A stretch of 64,000 nucleotides of DNA from the human T2T-CHM13v2.0 reference genome, Homo sapiens: assembly GCF_009914755.1 (NCBI RefSeq), contig NC_060927.1, one strand, 5' to 3'. Position numbers and translations under genes: made by a program. The notes under the pieces were generated by a model. That model was given only the letters and a program-made list of their open reading frames with translations. It ran no database searches and was not told where the DNA came from. Below are positions 39,999-54,206 of this stretch, in pieces (position 1 is the first letter of the stretch; every line of letters starts with the position of its first letter).

Positions 39999-40896
39999 CC
40001 CAATCAAAATCCCATCAAGTAATTTTGTGGATAAGGACAAACTGATTACAGTGTTTATAAGGAAAGGCAAAAGGCCCAGAATTGCCAATGCAATATTGAA
40101 GAAGAACACAGGTTGAGGACTGACACTACCAAACTTCAAGCCTTACTATAAAGCTATAGTAATCAAGACAGTGTGGTATTGGCAAAACAACAGACAAATA
40201 GATCAATGGAATAGAATAGGGAGCTCAGGGATAGACCCACATAAATATAGACTGCTGATCTGTGATTAAAAAGGAAAAGCAATACAATGGAGCAAGGACA
40301 GTCTTTTCAACAAATGGTGCTGGAGCAACTGGACATCTACATAAAAAAAAAAAAAAGAATCTAGATGCAAACTTTACATCCTCTACAAAAGTTAACTCAA
40401 AACGGCTCAAAGAACTAACTAAAATGCAAAACTCTTAGACTCCTAAAAGTTAACATAGATGAATATTTAGATGACCTTGGGCTTTGCAATGACTTTTTAG
40501 ATAAACAGCAAAGGCACGATTCATAAAGTAAAGAATTAGTAAGTTGAACTTCATTAAAAGTAAAAATTTCTGCTCTGTGAAAGACATTGTCAAGAGAATA
40601 AAAAGACTGGGAAAAATATTGTGAAAGATATATCTGATAAATGAGTATTATCCAAGATGTACAAAGAACACTTAAAACCAACAATAAGAAAACAAACAAC
40701 ATAATCAATGAAGATGCCCATCAACTGTAGACTTGATAAAGAAAATGTGATACATATACACCATGGAATACTACATAGCCATAAAAAAGAATGAAATCGT
40801 GTCCTTTCAGCAACATGGATGGAGCTGGAGGTTATTATCCTAAGCAAAATAATGCAGAAACAGAAAACCTAATACTGTATGTTCTTACTTATAGAT

Positions 40897-41004
40897 ATAC
40901 AGATGGCAAATAAACATATGAAAAGATGCTCCATATCATATGTCATCAGGGAAATACAGATGACAAACATGAAAAGATGCTCCACATCATATGTCATTAG
41001 GGAA
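40897..41004. repeat. Imperfect tandem duplication (~57/51 bp) inside L1
   Basis: ATACAGATG..AAA..ATGAAAAGATGCTCCAYATCATATGTCATYAGGGAA occurs twice. Confidence 0.8.
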
Positions 41005-41990
41005 ATACAAAATAAAACAATAAGATACCACAACATACCAATTAGAATAGCCAAAACATAAAACACTTACAACACCAAATGCTGGTGCGGATGTGGAGGA
41101 ACAAAGAACTCTCTCATTCATTGCTTGTGGGAATGCAAAAGGGTACAGCCACTTTGAAAGATAGTTTGGCAGTTTCTTACAAAACTAAACAGACTTTTAT
41201 GCAATTCAGCAATTGCGCTCCTTGGTGTTTACACAATGGAGTTGAAAAATGTCCACACAAAAACCTGCATACCGACGTTTATAGCAGCTTTATTCATAAT
41301 CCCCAAAACTTAGAAGCAACCAAAATGTCCCTCAGTAGGTGAATGGATAAACTGTGGAACAGTTTGTTGATTGTCTGTGGAACAGATAATGGAATATTAT
41401 TCAGTGCTGAAAAGAAACGAGCTATCAAGCCATGAAAAAACACAGAGGAAACTTAAATGCATTTACCAAGTGAAATAAGCCAATCAAAAAAGACTACATA
41501 CTGCATGATTCCAACTATGTGACACTTTGGAAAAGGCAAAACTATGGAGATAGTAAAAAGATCAGTATATGCCGAAAGTTGGGGGGAGACAGAGATGAAC
41601 AAGAAGAGCACTGAGGATTTTCAGGGCAGTAAAATTAATTTGTATGATACTAAAATAGTGAAAACATGTCATTAGACATTTGTCCAAACCAAGATTGTAC
41701 AAAAATGAACCCTAATGTGAGCTGTGGACTTTGGGTGATGATACGTCAATGTAAGAGCACCAGTTGTAACAAGTGTATTGCTTTAATTGGGGATATTTAT
41801 AATGGGAGAGGCTACTTATGTGAGTGGGGCAGAGGGTTTATGGAAATTTCTGTAATTTCTTCTCAATTATGCTGTAAACCTAAAACTGCTCTAAAAATAA
41901 AGTCTGGTAAACATTTAAAAAATGAAAACAAAAAGAATACAATGGGTCAAGTAACAGTCAGATACCCCCATTGTATCTTGTAAGTAACTA

Positions 41991-42173
<183 letters not shown>

Positions 42174-42446
42174 CTAGCCTTGTCTCAGATGGGATTTTGG
42201 ACTTTGGACTCTTGAGTTAATGCTGGAATGAGTTAAAACTTTGGGGGACTATTGGGAAGGCATGATTGTATTTTGCAATGTGAGGAGGACAGGAAATGTG
42301 GAGGGGCCAGGGGGCAGAATGATATGGTTTGGTTATGTCCCCGCCCAAATCTCATGTTGAATTATAATCCCCAGTGTTGGAGGTGGGGCCTGATAGGGGG
42401 TGATTAGATAATGGGGGCAGTTTCTAATGGTTTAGCACCATCTCCT

Positions 42447-45400
42447 TGTGAAAGGCAAGTAAATCTTGGGACCTCAGAATCACTAAGCTAAAGGGAAAAG
42501 TCAAGATGGGAACTGCTTAGGGCAAACCTGCCTCCCATTCTATTTAAAGTCATCCCTCTGCTCACTGAGATAAATGCATATCTGATTGCCTCCTTTGGAA
42601 AGGCTAATCAGAAACTCAAAGAATGCAACCCTTTGGTTTGTCTCTTATCTACCTATTGTGTCTGGAATTGGTGGGTTCTTGGTCTCACTGACTTCAAGAA
42701 TGAAGGCGGGGACCCTCCGGTGAATGTTACAGCTCTTAAGTTGGCGCGTCTGGAGTTTGTTCCTTCTGATGCTCAGATGTGTTCGGAGTTTCTTCCTTCT
42801 GGTGGGTTCGTGGTCTCGCTGGCTCAGGAGTGAAGCTGCAGACCTTTGCTGTGAGTGTTACAGCTCTTAAGGCGGCGCGCCTGGAGTTGTTCATTCCTTC
42901 TGGTGGGCTCGTGGTCTCGCTGGCTTCAGGAGTGAAGCTGCAGACCTTCTCTGTGAGTGTTACAGCTCATAAAGGCAGTGTGGACCCAAAGAGTGAGCAG
43001 TAGCAAGATTTATTGCAAAGAGCGAAAGAACAAAGCTTCCACAGTGTGGAAAGGGACCCAAGCCGGTTGCCACTGCTGGCTCGGGCAGCCTGCTTTTATT
43101 CTCTTATCTGGCCCGACCCACATCCTGCTGATTGGTAGAGCCCAGTGGTCTGTTTTTGACAGGGCTCTGATTGTTGCGTTTACAATCCCTGAGCTAGACA
43201 CAAAGGTTCTCCACCTTCCCACCAGAGTAGCTAGATACAGAGTGTCCACACAAAGGTTCTCCAAGGCCCCACCAGACCCAGGAACCCAGCTGGCTTCACC
43301 CAGTGGATCCCGCACCGGGCTGCAGGTGGAGCTGCCTGCCAGTCCCGCGCTGGACGCCCACACTCCTCAGCCCTTGGGTGGTCGATGGGACTGGACGCCC
43401 TGGAGCAGGGGGCGGCGCTCCTCAGGGAGGCTCGGGAGGCACAGGAGCCCATGGAGGGGGTGGGAGGCTCAGGCATGGCAGGCTGCAGGTCCCCAGCCCT
43501 GCCCCGCGGGAACGCAGCTAAAGCCTGGTGAGTAATAGAGAGCAGCGCCGGTGGGCTGGCACGGCTGGGGACCGAGTACACCCTCCGCAGCCGCTGGCCC
43601 AGGTGCTAAGCCCCTCATTGCCTAGGGCAGCAGGGCCAGCCGGCTGCTCCCAGTGCGGGCCCACCAAGCCCACACCCACCCGGAACTCCAGCTGGCCCGC
43701 AAGCGCGGCGTGCAGTCCCAGTTCCTGCTTGCGCCTCTCCCTCCACACCTCCCTGCAAGCTGAGGGAGCCGGCTCCGGTCTTGGCCAGCCCAGAAAGGGG
43801 CTCCCACAGTGCAGCAGTGGGCTGAAGGGCTCAAGTGCCGCCAAAGTGGGAGCCCAGGCAGACGAGGCGCCGAGAGCCAGCAAGGGCTGTGAGGACTGCC
43901 AGCACGCTGTCACCTCTCACTATGACCTGGAAGCGCCCCCCAACCCCACTCCCTGCTCCCTCTTGGAGTTATCCTGCCTTTTCAGACCAAACCAATGTAC
44001 ATCTTACATATATTGATTGATGTCTCATATCTCCCTAGAATGTATAAAACCAAGCTGTGCCCTGACCACATTGGACACATGTAGTCAGGACTTTGTGAGG
44101 CTGTATCATGGGCACGTGTCCTTAACTTTGGCAAAATAAACATCCTGAATTGACTGAGACCTGTCTCAGATATTTGGAGTTCACATTTGGCAATCACAAA
44201 TGGATTCTGAGTAGAGGTTCCCCTGACCTTTGACATATCTCCTGTTGGTGCTTAGTACCAGTTTGAGCTGTCTTTATGGGTCAAACCAATAGAATAATTT
44301 GCTGAGGCCTGGAAGCATCGCCTTCAGAGAATCCCTGATCCCCCCAGATTTGATCAAGATCTAAAGTTTATTCTGCTGTAAAACTCCTTTTTCTTGGTTC
44401 GAGGAAGGGGGAGTTTTACTTGCTTCCAGCAAAGGAGGCAAGTTTTCCTGCTTCCATGATGATGAAAGGGAGGTAACTCCTTTCTAGAGTTTGAGCTTGC
44501 TTCCAACAGGGAAGGTGAGTTTGAGTTTTTTCCTGCTTCCAGAGTGGAAGAGAGAAGTCTTCAGTCTGAGACCCAACCCTACATAAGTAGCTGAATTGGG
44601 GTTTTGTCTTGGCTAAAGTTAAGATTAACAACCAGCTGATCTTAATTTCTCCTTACCATTAGAGTGCTCAGTAATCATATTGTTGGTTTTGTTGTTGTTG
44701 TTTTTGTTTGTTCTGGTCCTTCTCCTTTCAGATTTGACCAACCCTACATGACTTGGTCAAATCTGAATGAGAATTTCAAAGTATGGGTAACAAGTCCTCT
44801 CTGAATTGGCTAAAATTCCTCACAGCTGTAAAAGAGGAAAAAACAAAAAACAAAAACCCAAAACTAGGCATTTGGTTTCTGTGTTTGCTTCCTGTCTGAA
44901 AAAAAAAAGGAAACAAAACAACAATTGTTCTTTTGTTTACTTTTCTTCCACCCCATACCGCCTTCCCCCTTTGTCATCTTCAGTACCAAGAAAAATCTAG
45001 AGAGAAGGCTTCTAATGACTCAAACTCCTTAGAGAACTCAGAACAAAGACACCACTCACCCCTTTTGGGATGTTCTGTTTTCTTTGTGGAGTTCCAAGAG
45101 TCATGGGCACATTCTTCTTAGGTCTAAAGCTCTGCTCTCCTGTATTGCATGACTTGACCTCTTTGGCTTTGGGGCTATTAGAGATTACCTTGTACTGTGA
45201 GAAGATTTGACCTTGGTGTGTATAATGGTAGGCAAGAACTCCAAAGTTAGGGGTGGCTGAAGGTGGTTTACAGGAAGTGGTTTTGGCTTTTTTTTTCCTT
45301 TCTTTCTCTCCTAGGAAGTTATTGTTTAAGGATTCTACTTTTAATTCGGAGATGCATTCTAAAGGGTCTTCTCTATTGCTTTTTCTCCCAGAATTAATGT

Positions 45401-48400
45401 CAGTTTGGCTTGTATGTGCACATTTGCGTGAGAAGCTGAACTGTTGTTTTCATAGGTAAATGAGAGATTTAGTTTTCTTAGCTTCGAAGAGAATGAACAT
45501 TTTGCTCCACCCAGCTGAAAGGCACCCGTGGGTGACCAGGGGCCTCGTGGGAGTGTAGAGAGGGTTGACCACCTGTGATTTGCAGCAGCCCTATGGAGAA
45601 TCCCCATCAAACTTGTTTAAAAAAGGGCTCATCCAGGAAGCACATATGGGAGCTGGTCACTGAGCTTTGAGCCCTCCTGGAGGTGGTAGACCTCCAGAGA
45701 ATGAAACTGAGACATGAAAGAGGGTGGCAACAACTCAGTGGTAACACACTATGGAGTCCCACCCACAATCAGCACACACCACAAAAACCCTAGGCCATAG
45801 CTCAGTTCCTCCTTTTAAGAAAAAAAAGAAAAAGAAAAGTGGGAAATTAATAATCTAAAAACGAGGATAAAACAAGGAGAATGACCCCCTTTGGGGCACT
45901 CCATTGGTTTTATGGCACCTCTACTTGTTAGAGTTTGTCTAAAATAGAATTATTATGGTCTTTGTGCACATTTACATGAAAGAAAAGGGGCACTAAGATC
46001 GACCTTCAAACTACAGAGTTCTTAAGTTCTCTTTTTCTCTGTTTTTTTTTCTCCCTGCTTTAAAGCTGCTATTACTTTTTGACCAAGATAAAATCCACTG
46101 TTAGACTCCAACCATTCCTTTTCATTACTGTTTTCGCAGACCAATAAGTTTGTATTAATATCTCACGGCTAGAGTTCTGAAGTAAAAGCTATAGGATCTT
46201 TAGTGTATGAAAATGTATGTGTGTGTTTATGTGTACGTACATGTATTTTGTTGTGTTTTGGCCACAAGGTACCAAATTGGCTTAGTGAGTAGTCATCAAT
46301 TAAATAATGAACCCCAATGGTTTTTAAGTTCATGTGACTTAAGTAAAATCTTTAATAATCTAGCTTTAAAATTATTGGTAAAGAACAGTAGAAATGGCTT
46401 AAGAATTTTCAGCATACATGTTTATTTTCATTTATTGATCAAGCAATTTCATACTTATCTCTGCCAAATACTATAAGGTGTCAAAATTTGGCATAAGGGA
46501 TACAAAACTATAAACCCAGCCCAAAATACAATTATCTTTGCTTGCATAATTTTTGATAAATAAGAGGTTGATATTGATTCAATGAAAATAGCTAAATATT
46601 GAATTATTTAGTGAAATAGCCATAACTTCTAATCTATAGCTTTAGGCAGTCAAGTCCCCAGGCAGGAAGGGGGTTTGTTTTGTGAGGGACTGTTATCATC
46701 TCTTTCAAAACTAAACTATAAACTATGATACTCCCAAAGTTAATTCATCCAATGCCCGGAAATGAACAAGGGCAGCTTAGAGGTTAAAAGCAAAATGGAG
46801 TAGGTTGGGTCAGACCTTTTTCATTGTCCCAGTTATAATTTTGCAGTTATAGTTTCATAACTTAAAATGATGACTATTGCAGGTATCATAAATAATCTAG
46901 GTAAACTATTAAAATAATTAGGTAAATGTAATGGGATAAATATTTGTAGACAAACTTGTCATAATTTAGAAACTAAAGTTAAATTAAATAATAGGTATTT
47001 CATCAATTGGGTATTTTCAAAAAAATTGTAAGAAAACATTCTTTCTAAAGTGTATCCTTTTTAAAAGGTGAATAATTGTTGTCTAATTCAAAGCTTCTTT
47101 AAGGGTTATGTATACAACAAGGAAAAAGAAACCAGGAAATAAGACAGATGTAAAGAAAGTTATATTAATATAATTAAAGAGGTATTTTTGGTAAGAAAGC
47201 TTAAAGAAAAATGACTTTATATGAGAAAGAAGCTTATATGGTAAATTTTGTCCTAGAATAAAATAACTGGTTGTTTTAAAAATGAGGGATGTTCAGGACA
47301 AACCAGAACTTCCAAGCAGTCATGAATGGTCAGTGTAAGTCATAATGAGAGGATCTATTAAAAAAAAGAAAAACTTTTATGTGACCAAGCTGTCTATAAT
47401 TAGAGGGAAATTATAATGGTCTTTCTAGAGATTGAGTTTTGATTAAAAAACACACTTATACATGAAAGAATTGGTTCAAACCATGACATTTTCTTAAGGT
47501 ATTGCTCTACTCTTAATAAATTACAAGACATTATAATTTTTTTAATGCAAAGTTTAACTTTTACTGCATCTTGCTGTTTTCAGCTTTCTCTCGTCTTTTA
47601 AAAGACCTGAAATCAAACTCTATCCTTTAACTCATTTTCAATTCCTATAAGTTTTTTTTCCTACAGTTTCTAACTGTTGTGGCCTGATGCAAAAAAAAAA
47701 GAAAAGAAAGGTTTTATCTTAGAGGTCTAAAGGAAATGTTTCCTTCCAACATAATATTCCCCATAGGGAACAGTAGTTGCACTGCAGAAGGTCTTTTATT
47801 TTGCCTTTGGGTAACTGGCCTAATAATTAGATCTTACACTTTATCAAAATAATTCCCACGTCATTATTACTAAGTTTGGTTTGCTTAGAAAAAACTGAGA
47901 TTAAAAAGTTTTCTTAAAATTAAGATTATTGCATCTGTGTAACTTTCTGTATGTGATTTTAAAGTCCTTGTGCCATTAAGTAAGTTATAGGGCTTTGACT
48001 CCTGGGTCTAAAAAGGACATCAAGTCCTTCTAAATCTTAACACTGACAGTAGTTAAAGCCTTATCTTTAGATCCAGTGGAAGATGCCAATCAAAATAAAT
48101 TGGGTTCGTGAGACACAAGGCCAGAAATTAAAGATATTCAGCTCGTAAGGATCAGGGACTATCATGGAAGAGATGGGTGATATTGTAAGGGCCGATTTTG
48201 AAACATAAAATAGGTTCAATTTCCCTGTAAATTAACCACCAATGTCAAAGGCACACTGATGCAAGACCAGTATATGGGCCCCTATGTCATATTAACAAGG
48301 TTTTCTTGAAGCATTAACCCACTCCTTAATAAAGGTTATAAAGGTTGTAAAAGGCTTATGGAAATTATATTGTATGGTCAAGATGATTAAAATTTTATAG

Positions 48401-51044
48401 ATTGTTTATAAAAGTTTGAAAAACAAATTTAATTGGCCTCATGCTGTTTTTATTAGGGATTATTGTTTGGAAAATTAAGTCTCCTCTCTCAAAGAATAAC
48501 AGTTTTCACCTTGTTTTTGAAATCTTCAAATTATCACTTTGGTTAAATTAATGACTTATTTTACAATGACCTGTGACCCTATTTTGTGATATCAAGCGTT
48601 TTAAACCTTTCATATTTGAAAAACTTTCTAAAATCAAATTATAAATTATGTCTTTTTTCTGACCTAATTATTCCTTTAAGATATTAGGTTCCCTAAAGTC
48701 CAAAAATGACATATATGACTTATTTGATGTAAAAATCCTACAGGAAGTATTGTCAAATATGAAATGATGGTGTTTGGCTTTCTTTAGACTGTATTCATAT
48801 AAATGTTATTGGTATGTGTTTTAAAATTGTGGGAAACTCCTATATTTCTGATATGACTTAGTGTATGTTATTAGTAATAATTATAACTGTTATGTTAAGT
48901 TATTATGTGCCACAGCAGTAACAAATTTTCTTGTCAGTTGTGTTTTTGACTGTGGGTGCACTAAAACTTTTTGTCATCCATGGACAATTGTTTTCTTGTT
49001 TTGGTCCTCTTTAGAAGGTGGTTTTATAATCAGCTTTTATAGCTCTAAAAGGTCTTCCTGAATGCAGAGTTCTGATAACTTTGGAGACTGTGACATTAGA
49101 ATGGAGGAAAACTTTCAGGACTCTCATGGAGAGATGGAATATTCATGAATGTCAAGCAGAACAGGAGTTAACTGCATGGACCGAACTAATAGAAGACTGA
49201 AGCCCTATTTATTTTCCAATTCAAGATAAACCAAAATCAAGACCCAAATATAATCACAGACCAATGTAAAGAGAGATGTAAAGACCTAATACTTCAGAAG
49301 AGTGAAGTAATCATTTAAAAAAAGCTTAAAACATTGATAATTCTTTGTTTTCTTTTCCAGAGTCAAGAAAACTTTGCTTTTGACTTATTTACAGCTAGTC
49401 ACAATTGAGTGAAGTATACTCCTGTAAACAAATTTGGATTTCTCTCTCTCAATCTGATTTCTCCAGAATGTGGAAACTATTTGTGAGTATTCTTAATTTA
49501 TGGCAATATAGTTATTTGCATAAGTGCAATAAGAATGTTTTATTTTGCAACAGGACACTATTGGAGAAACTGGTTATTTTACTGGAATGGTGTGATTTCT
49601 TTTAAGGAATCAAACTTGACTTAAATAGAGCCAATAAAAACCCCTTGGGAACAATGGCCTCATACCTTGTCTACACAGTCCCTGTATAGGGTTCCTGACC
49701 TGTGATAAGTAAAGAATTTCACTTTCTGATAGGTCCAGGAGACCCAAATTATCTTGGGATCTCAAGAGGAGAGGAATTTACCCAGCTCAAAGGCATTTGA
49801 TGGTACAAAGCCATGGCTGAGCTTGACTTTAAAAAAGTCTTATCTGAGATTCCTTCTATGAAACAAAGTTCCATAAAAAAGCCTATGTGAAAAATAATTA
49901 TTCTTGCTGTACTTTATACAAACAGGCCAAGTATAATAAAGTAAATCAGTCCTACCGTGATTTGTTTTTAGTAAAAATAGGAACCTGAAGAGAGAAAAAT
50001 TATGTTTCAAAAAGTATAGTACACCTGTCATTAGATTTTAGACTTGCTTAATGTTTTTCAACTTTTATTATTTTCTACAGTTGGACTGAATTCTAAAATT
50101 TTTCCTGGTGATAAGTCTCCAAAATAATGTGTTCAATTTTTTTCATCTTTATTTTTCTTTTTTCTCCTATTTTTCCTAATTGGAATAACTGAAAACTAAG
50201 CTGTGCTTTGTTAAAGCCCTGTGAACTAAAGGTAGACAACTTAAGCTTCAGAAGAAAATAACAGCAACCTATTTACATACATAAGCCACTTTCATAACTG
50301 CCTACTGATACATGGACTTCAGAGTAATATGGCCTGTATTGACTTTCTAGGATTGTTCTTTTTTGTTTGTTATTGTTTTTCTCCCTTCCTCCCCCTATTT
50401 TCTCTTCATAGGACATGAGACTTCACAACCTGCTAAAAATGAGCTTTTCTAATAATGTGGGACTTACCCTTCTACAAGTAAACCATCCTAGTCATGAGGG
50501 ATCAGATGAAACCTGAGACCAGAGACTCATTTTCTTCTAAAATGATTTCTCCAAAGGATTTTAAAAAGAAAAAGGTTAAAATGTGAAAGGAAAATAAATC
50601 TTGGGACCCCCCAAATCTCTAAGCTAAAGGGAAAAGTCAAGATGGGAACTGCTTAGGGCAAACCTGCCTCCCATTCTTTTCAAAGTCATCCCTCTGCTCA
50701 CTAAGATAAATGCATATCTTACTGTTTCCTTTGGAAAGGCTAATCAGAAACTCAGAAGAATGAAACCATTTGGTTTTTCTTTTATCTACCTATCACCTGG
50801 AAGCACCCTTCCCACTTCAAGTTGTCCTGCCTTTCTGGACTAAACCAATGTACATCTTACGTACATTGATTGATATCTCATGTCTCCATAAAATGTATAA
50901 AACCAAGCTGTGCCCCCACCCCCTTGGGCACATGTTGTCAGGACCAGGACCTTGTGAGGCTGCATCATGGGCACGTGTCCCTGACTTTGGCAAAATAAAC
51001 TTTCTGAATTGACTGAGACCCGTCTTAGATATTTGGGGTTCATA
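42447..51044 (+). mobile_element. MER4A1/MER4-int ERV1 provirus (5' LTR 42447-44185 interrupted; internal 44186-50581; 3' LTR 50582-51044)
   Basis: Two homologous LTRs start TGTGAAAGG.AA.TAAATCTTGGGACC and end GTTCA(C/T)A. A degenerate PBS TGGCAATCACAAATGGATTC follows the 5' LTR and an A/G-rich PPT precedes the 3' LTR. No long ORFs. Confidence 0.9.
42657..43919 (-). mobile_element. LTR12C (ERV9) solo LTR
   Basis: Minus strand starts TGAGAGGTGACAGCGTGCTGGCAGTCC and ends CCCACCAATTCCAGACACA. U5 tandem repeats present. Perfect 4-bp TSD CTAT at 42653-42656 and 43920-43923. Confidence 0.93.
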
Positions 51045-51970
51045 CCCGCTTGGTACTGTGTAGTGAATGAGTTCTCACAAGATCTGGTTGTTTAAAAGTG
51101 TATGGCACCACCTACCTGTCTCTCTTCTTCCTGCTCTGGCAATATAAGACATGCCTGCTTCTCCTTGGCCTTCCACCATGACTGTAAGTTTCCTGAGGCC
51201 TCTCCAGAAGCCAAGCAGATGCCAGAATCATGCTTCCTGCACAGCCTGTGGAACTGTGAGCCAATTAAACTTCTTTTATTTATAAATTACCCAGCCTCAG
51301 GTATTGCTTTATAGCAGTGCAAGAATAGACTAATATAAGTGTTACAGATATTGAGTAGGTAAAAATCAATAGGATTTAGCAGTTGGACCTAGAGACGCAG
51401 GAACTGGGGAGATTTTTTTAAAGAGGTGATTAGAAGAATAATATTGTCATCATGGAAATTAGAAAGTTAGGTTTATTGGTGAAAAGTTGGTGAATAATCT
51501 TCTAGATATTTTGAGTTTAATGTACTAATGAGGAACAAGTGGAGATCTCCATCATGCACTTGGAAATTTAGGACTGGAGCTGGGAGACAAGTGGGGCCAG
51601 AAATAAAGGTATGCTCCTTCTGCTCTCAACCCACCATGGCCGTTTAGTGGGATCAGTAGAATCCCTGCAAGTAAGTGTCTGGATTTAGCAAAATAGCATG
51701 GAAGAACAAACTGATGCCAGAACCTACGAACTGACAGCATTTAAGGGGTGGGAGGGAAAAAGAAAAAAGCAGATGTGAAAAGAGATCAGGAAACTTAGGC
51801 AAGTCAAATAAGAGAAAATTATTTCAAGTGTGAACTTCCGTATATAACGTCTATGATTTAGGCCCAGTTTATATCAAGAACTTAAGAAAGAAAATTGGAA
51901 AAATAAATAGGGCTTTATGTATTTTTAGGACTTATGATGATGATTATGATATAGAATGAAATAAAGTGTG

Positions 51971-52303
<333 letters not shown>

Positions 52304-52479
52304 CTAAAGAAATGCATTAATAAATAAGCTTTTATATTTTCCTACAAATTCCTAATTTTTTCCTTTATCATATAAGTTATTTTCTTAATACTTGTCAATA
52401 TTGTATGCCATAAAGCTTTTTTTCTAAAATAACAAAAATAGTGTTTTAAAAGTATATTTTATAATGCCAAGAGGCAAAT

Positions 52480-52600
52480 GTGATGTAAGAGACTAAGAAC
52501 AGGCTTATCCAGCAAATATAATTTCATCTGTAAAATGGGGATAATAATCTTTCTTATCAGCTTGTCTCAGAGAAGTGTTATGTGAGTTAACTGAAGGAAT
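52480..52600 (+). mobile_element. MIR fragment
   Basis: TTTCATCTGTAAAATGGGGATAATAAT core. Confidence 0.7.
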
Positions 52601-53537
52601 AAGACAGCATTTTGTGAATATAAAATCTATAGTAATGTATAATATAATTGATATTTAAGTACTTTTTGTGCTTCTGGTCTTATGCTGGAAAAATTGTTAT
52701 TACTTTAAATAAGTAATAAATATCTGAATTTTGCTCTATGTTCAGGAAGCAAATTTTCTCATCTTTTTTACACTTACAAATTTTCTATAATTTTTCCTTC
52801 TGTGAGATGTTTGCATTTATCTTATTTTGGTCAATTCCTGCTCTGGCAAGTACATGCAAAATAAAATGTTAAGATCAACAAACAAACATTTTTGTTGGGT
52901 GTGTCCTCACTGTCTAAATGTGTTTAATTTTTTTCGGCCAGAATTATTTGTTTCAAACGCTTTTATGAAACATGCGTTTACTTCTGGACCATCTTAATAG
53001 CTCAAATATTCCTGTCTACATTTCCTTAGATCACCTTCTATTCAGTGATTCTTTCTTAAGAGTTCTTCTGTTGGCCAGAGTTTTTTCTGAGGTTTCAGTA
53101 GTTGCCTGGTAGGAATGCTTGTGAAAACATTCATGGATAGCCCAAACATTTTTTAATAACATTTGCTTGGAAAAAAAATTTTTACTGGCAGTCAGGACAC
53201 ATTATTTAAACATATTTCAAAATATTTATGCATCCTTGCAATACTTTGGCGGCGTCTTGTATGGTAAGGCTGAATTGATGATTTTCTAGTTACCTCTTTT
53301 TGTTTGTTTGTTTTTGGCCATTCATAATAGTTGATTGATGAGTGTTTGATAGAATTTCCACACTGTTGATAAACTCAATAATAAGGTGATTATAACAACC
53401 AGAGGTTTTTGAACTTTCTATATTCTCAGAGACTTGAACCGAAACTAATTAGATTAACTTTACTGTAATCTTGTCAGATGCTTGATTTTCAGTTGCTATT
53501 TTGATTCTTTTTTTTAGTATTTGCTTTTTCAAGAAAT

Positions 53538-54206
53538 TTTCAACTTTTATCTTACATACGGGGGATACATGTGCAGATTTGTTATATGGTAATATTGTGT
53601 GATGCTGAGGTTTGGAGTACATATCCTGTCACCCTGGTAGTGGGCATAGTACCTGATAGGTAGTTTTTTAACCTCCCTGCCTACCCTCTAGTAGCACACA
53701 GCATCTATTGTTCCCATATTATGTCTGACTTATAAGTGAGAACATGTGGTATTTGGTTTTCTATTCCTGCATTTATTTGCTTAGGATGATGGCCTCCAGC
53801 TCTATCCATGTTGCTACAGAAGACATGATTTCATTCTTTTTTATGGCTTCATGGTATTTTATGATGTATATGCACCATGTTTTCTTCATCCAATCTACCA
53901 CTGATGGGCAGCTGGGTTGATTCTGTGTCTCTGCTATTGGGAATAGCACAGCAATGAACAGATGAGTGCATGTGTCTTTTTGGTAGAATGATTTACTTTC
54001 TTTTGTGTATATACCCAGTAATAGGATTGTTGGGTCTAAGATAGCTCTGTTTTAAATTCTCTGAAAAATCTCCAGACTGCTTTCCAACCATCTCATACCA
54101 GTTGGAATGGCTATTGTTAAAAAGTCAAAAAACAACACATTCTGATGAAACAGAAGAGAGAAGGAAACACTTATATACTGTTGGTGGGAATGTAAGTTAA
54201 TTTAGC
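53538..54206 (-). mobile_element. Short L1PA15/16-like element with 5' inversion
   Basis: Antisense L1 3' end at 53538-54086, followed by a sense segment at 54087-54206 that is adjacent in L1 coordinates. Confidence 0.8.

Larger units (their letters stand above)
33000..41906 (+). mobile_element. Long degenerate L1MC1-like LINE hosting nested insertions
   Basis: Continuous sense L1 ORF2-like sequence resumes across each insertion. It ends in an L1MC1-type 3'UTR (CTATCAAGCCATGAAAA...AAACCTAAAACTGCTCTAAAAATAAAGTCT). Confidence 0.8.

Noticed and set aside
42680-42975. Regularly spaced repeats (GTTACAGCTC, GGAGTGAAGCTGCAGACCTT) resembling a CRISPR array
   Set aside because: These are the known U5 tandem repeats of LTR12. 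There are no unique spacers or cas genes, and the context is eukaryotic.
42957-44016. 192 aa, 162 aa and other ORFs
   Set aside because: Lie within the GC-rich LTR12C and the adjoining MER4A1 LTR; not gag, pol or env.
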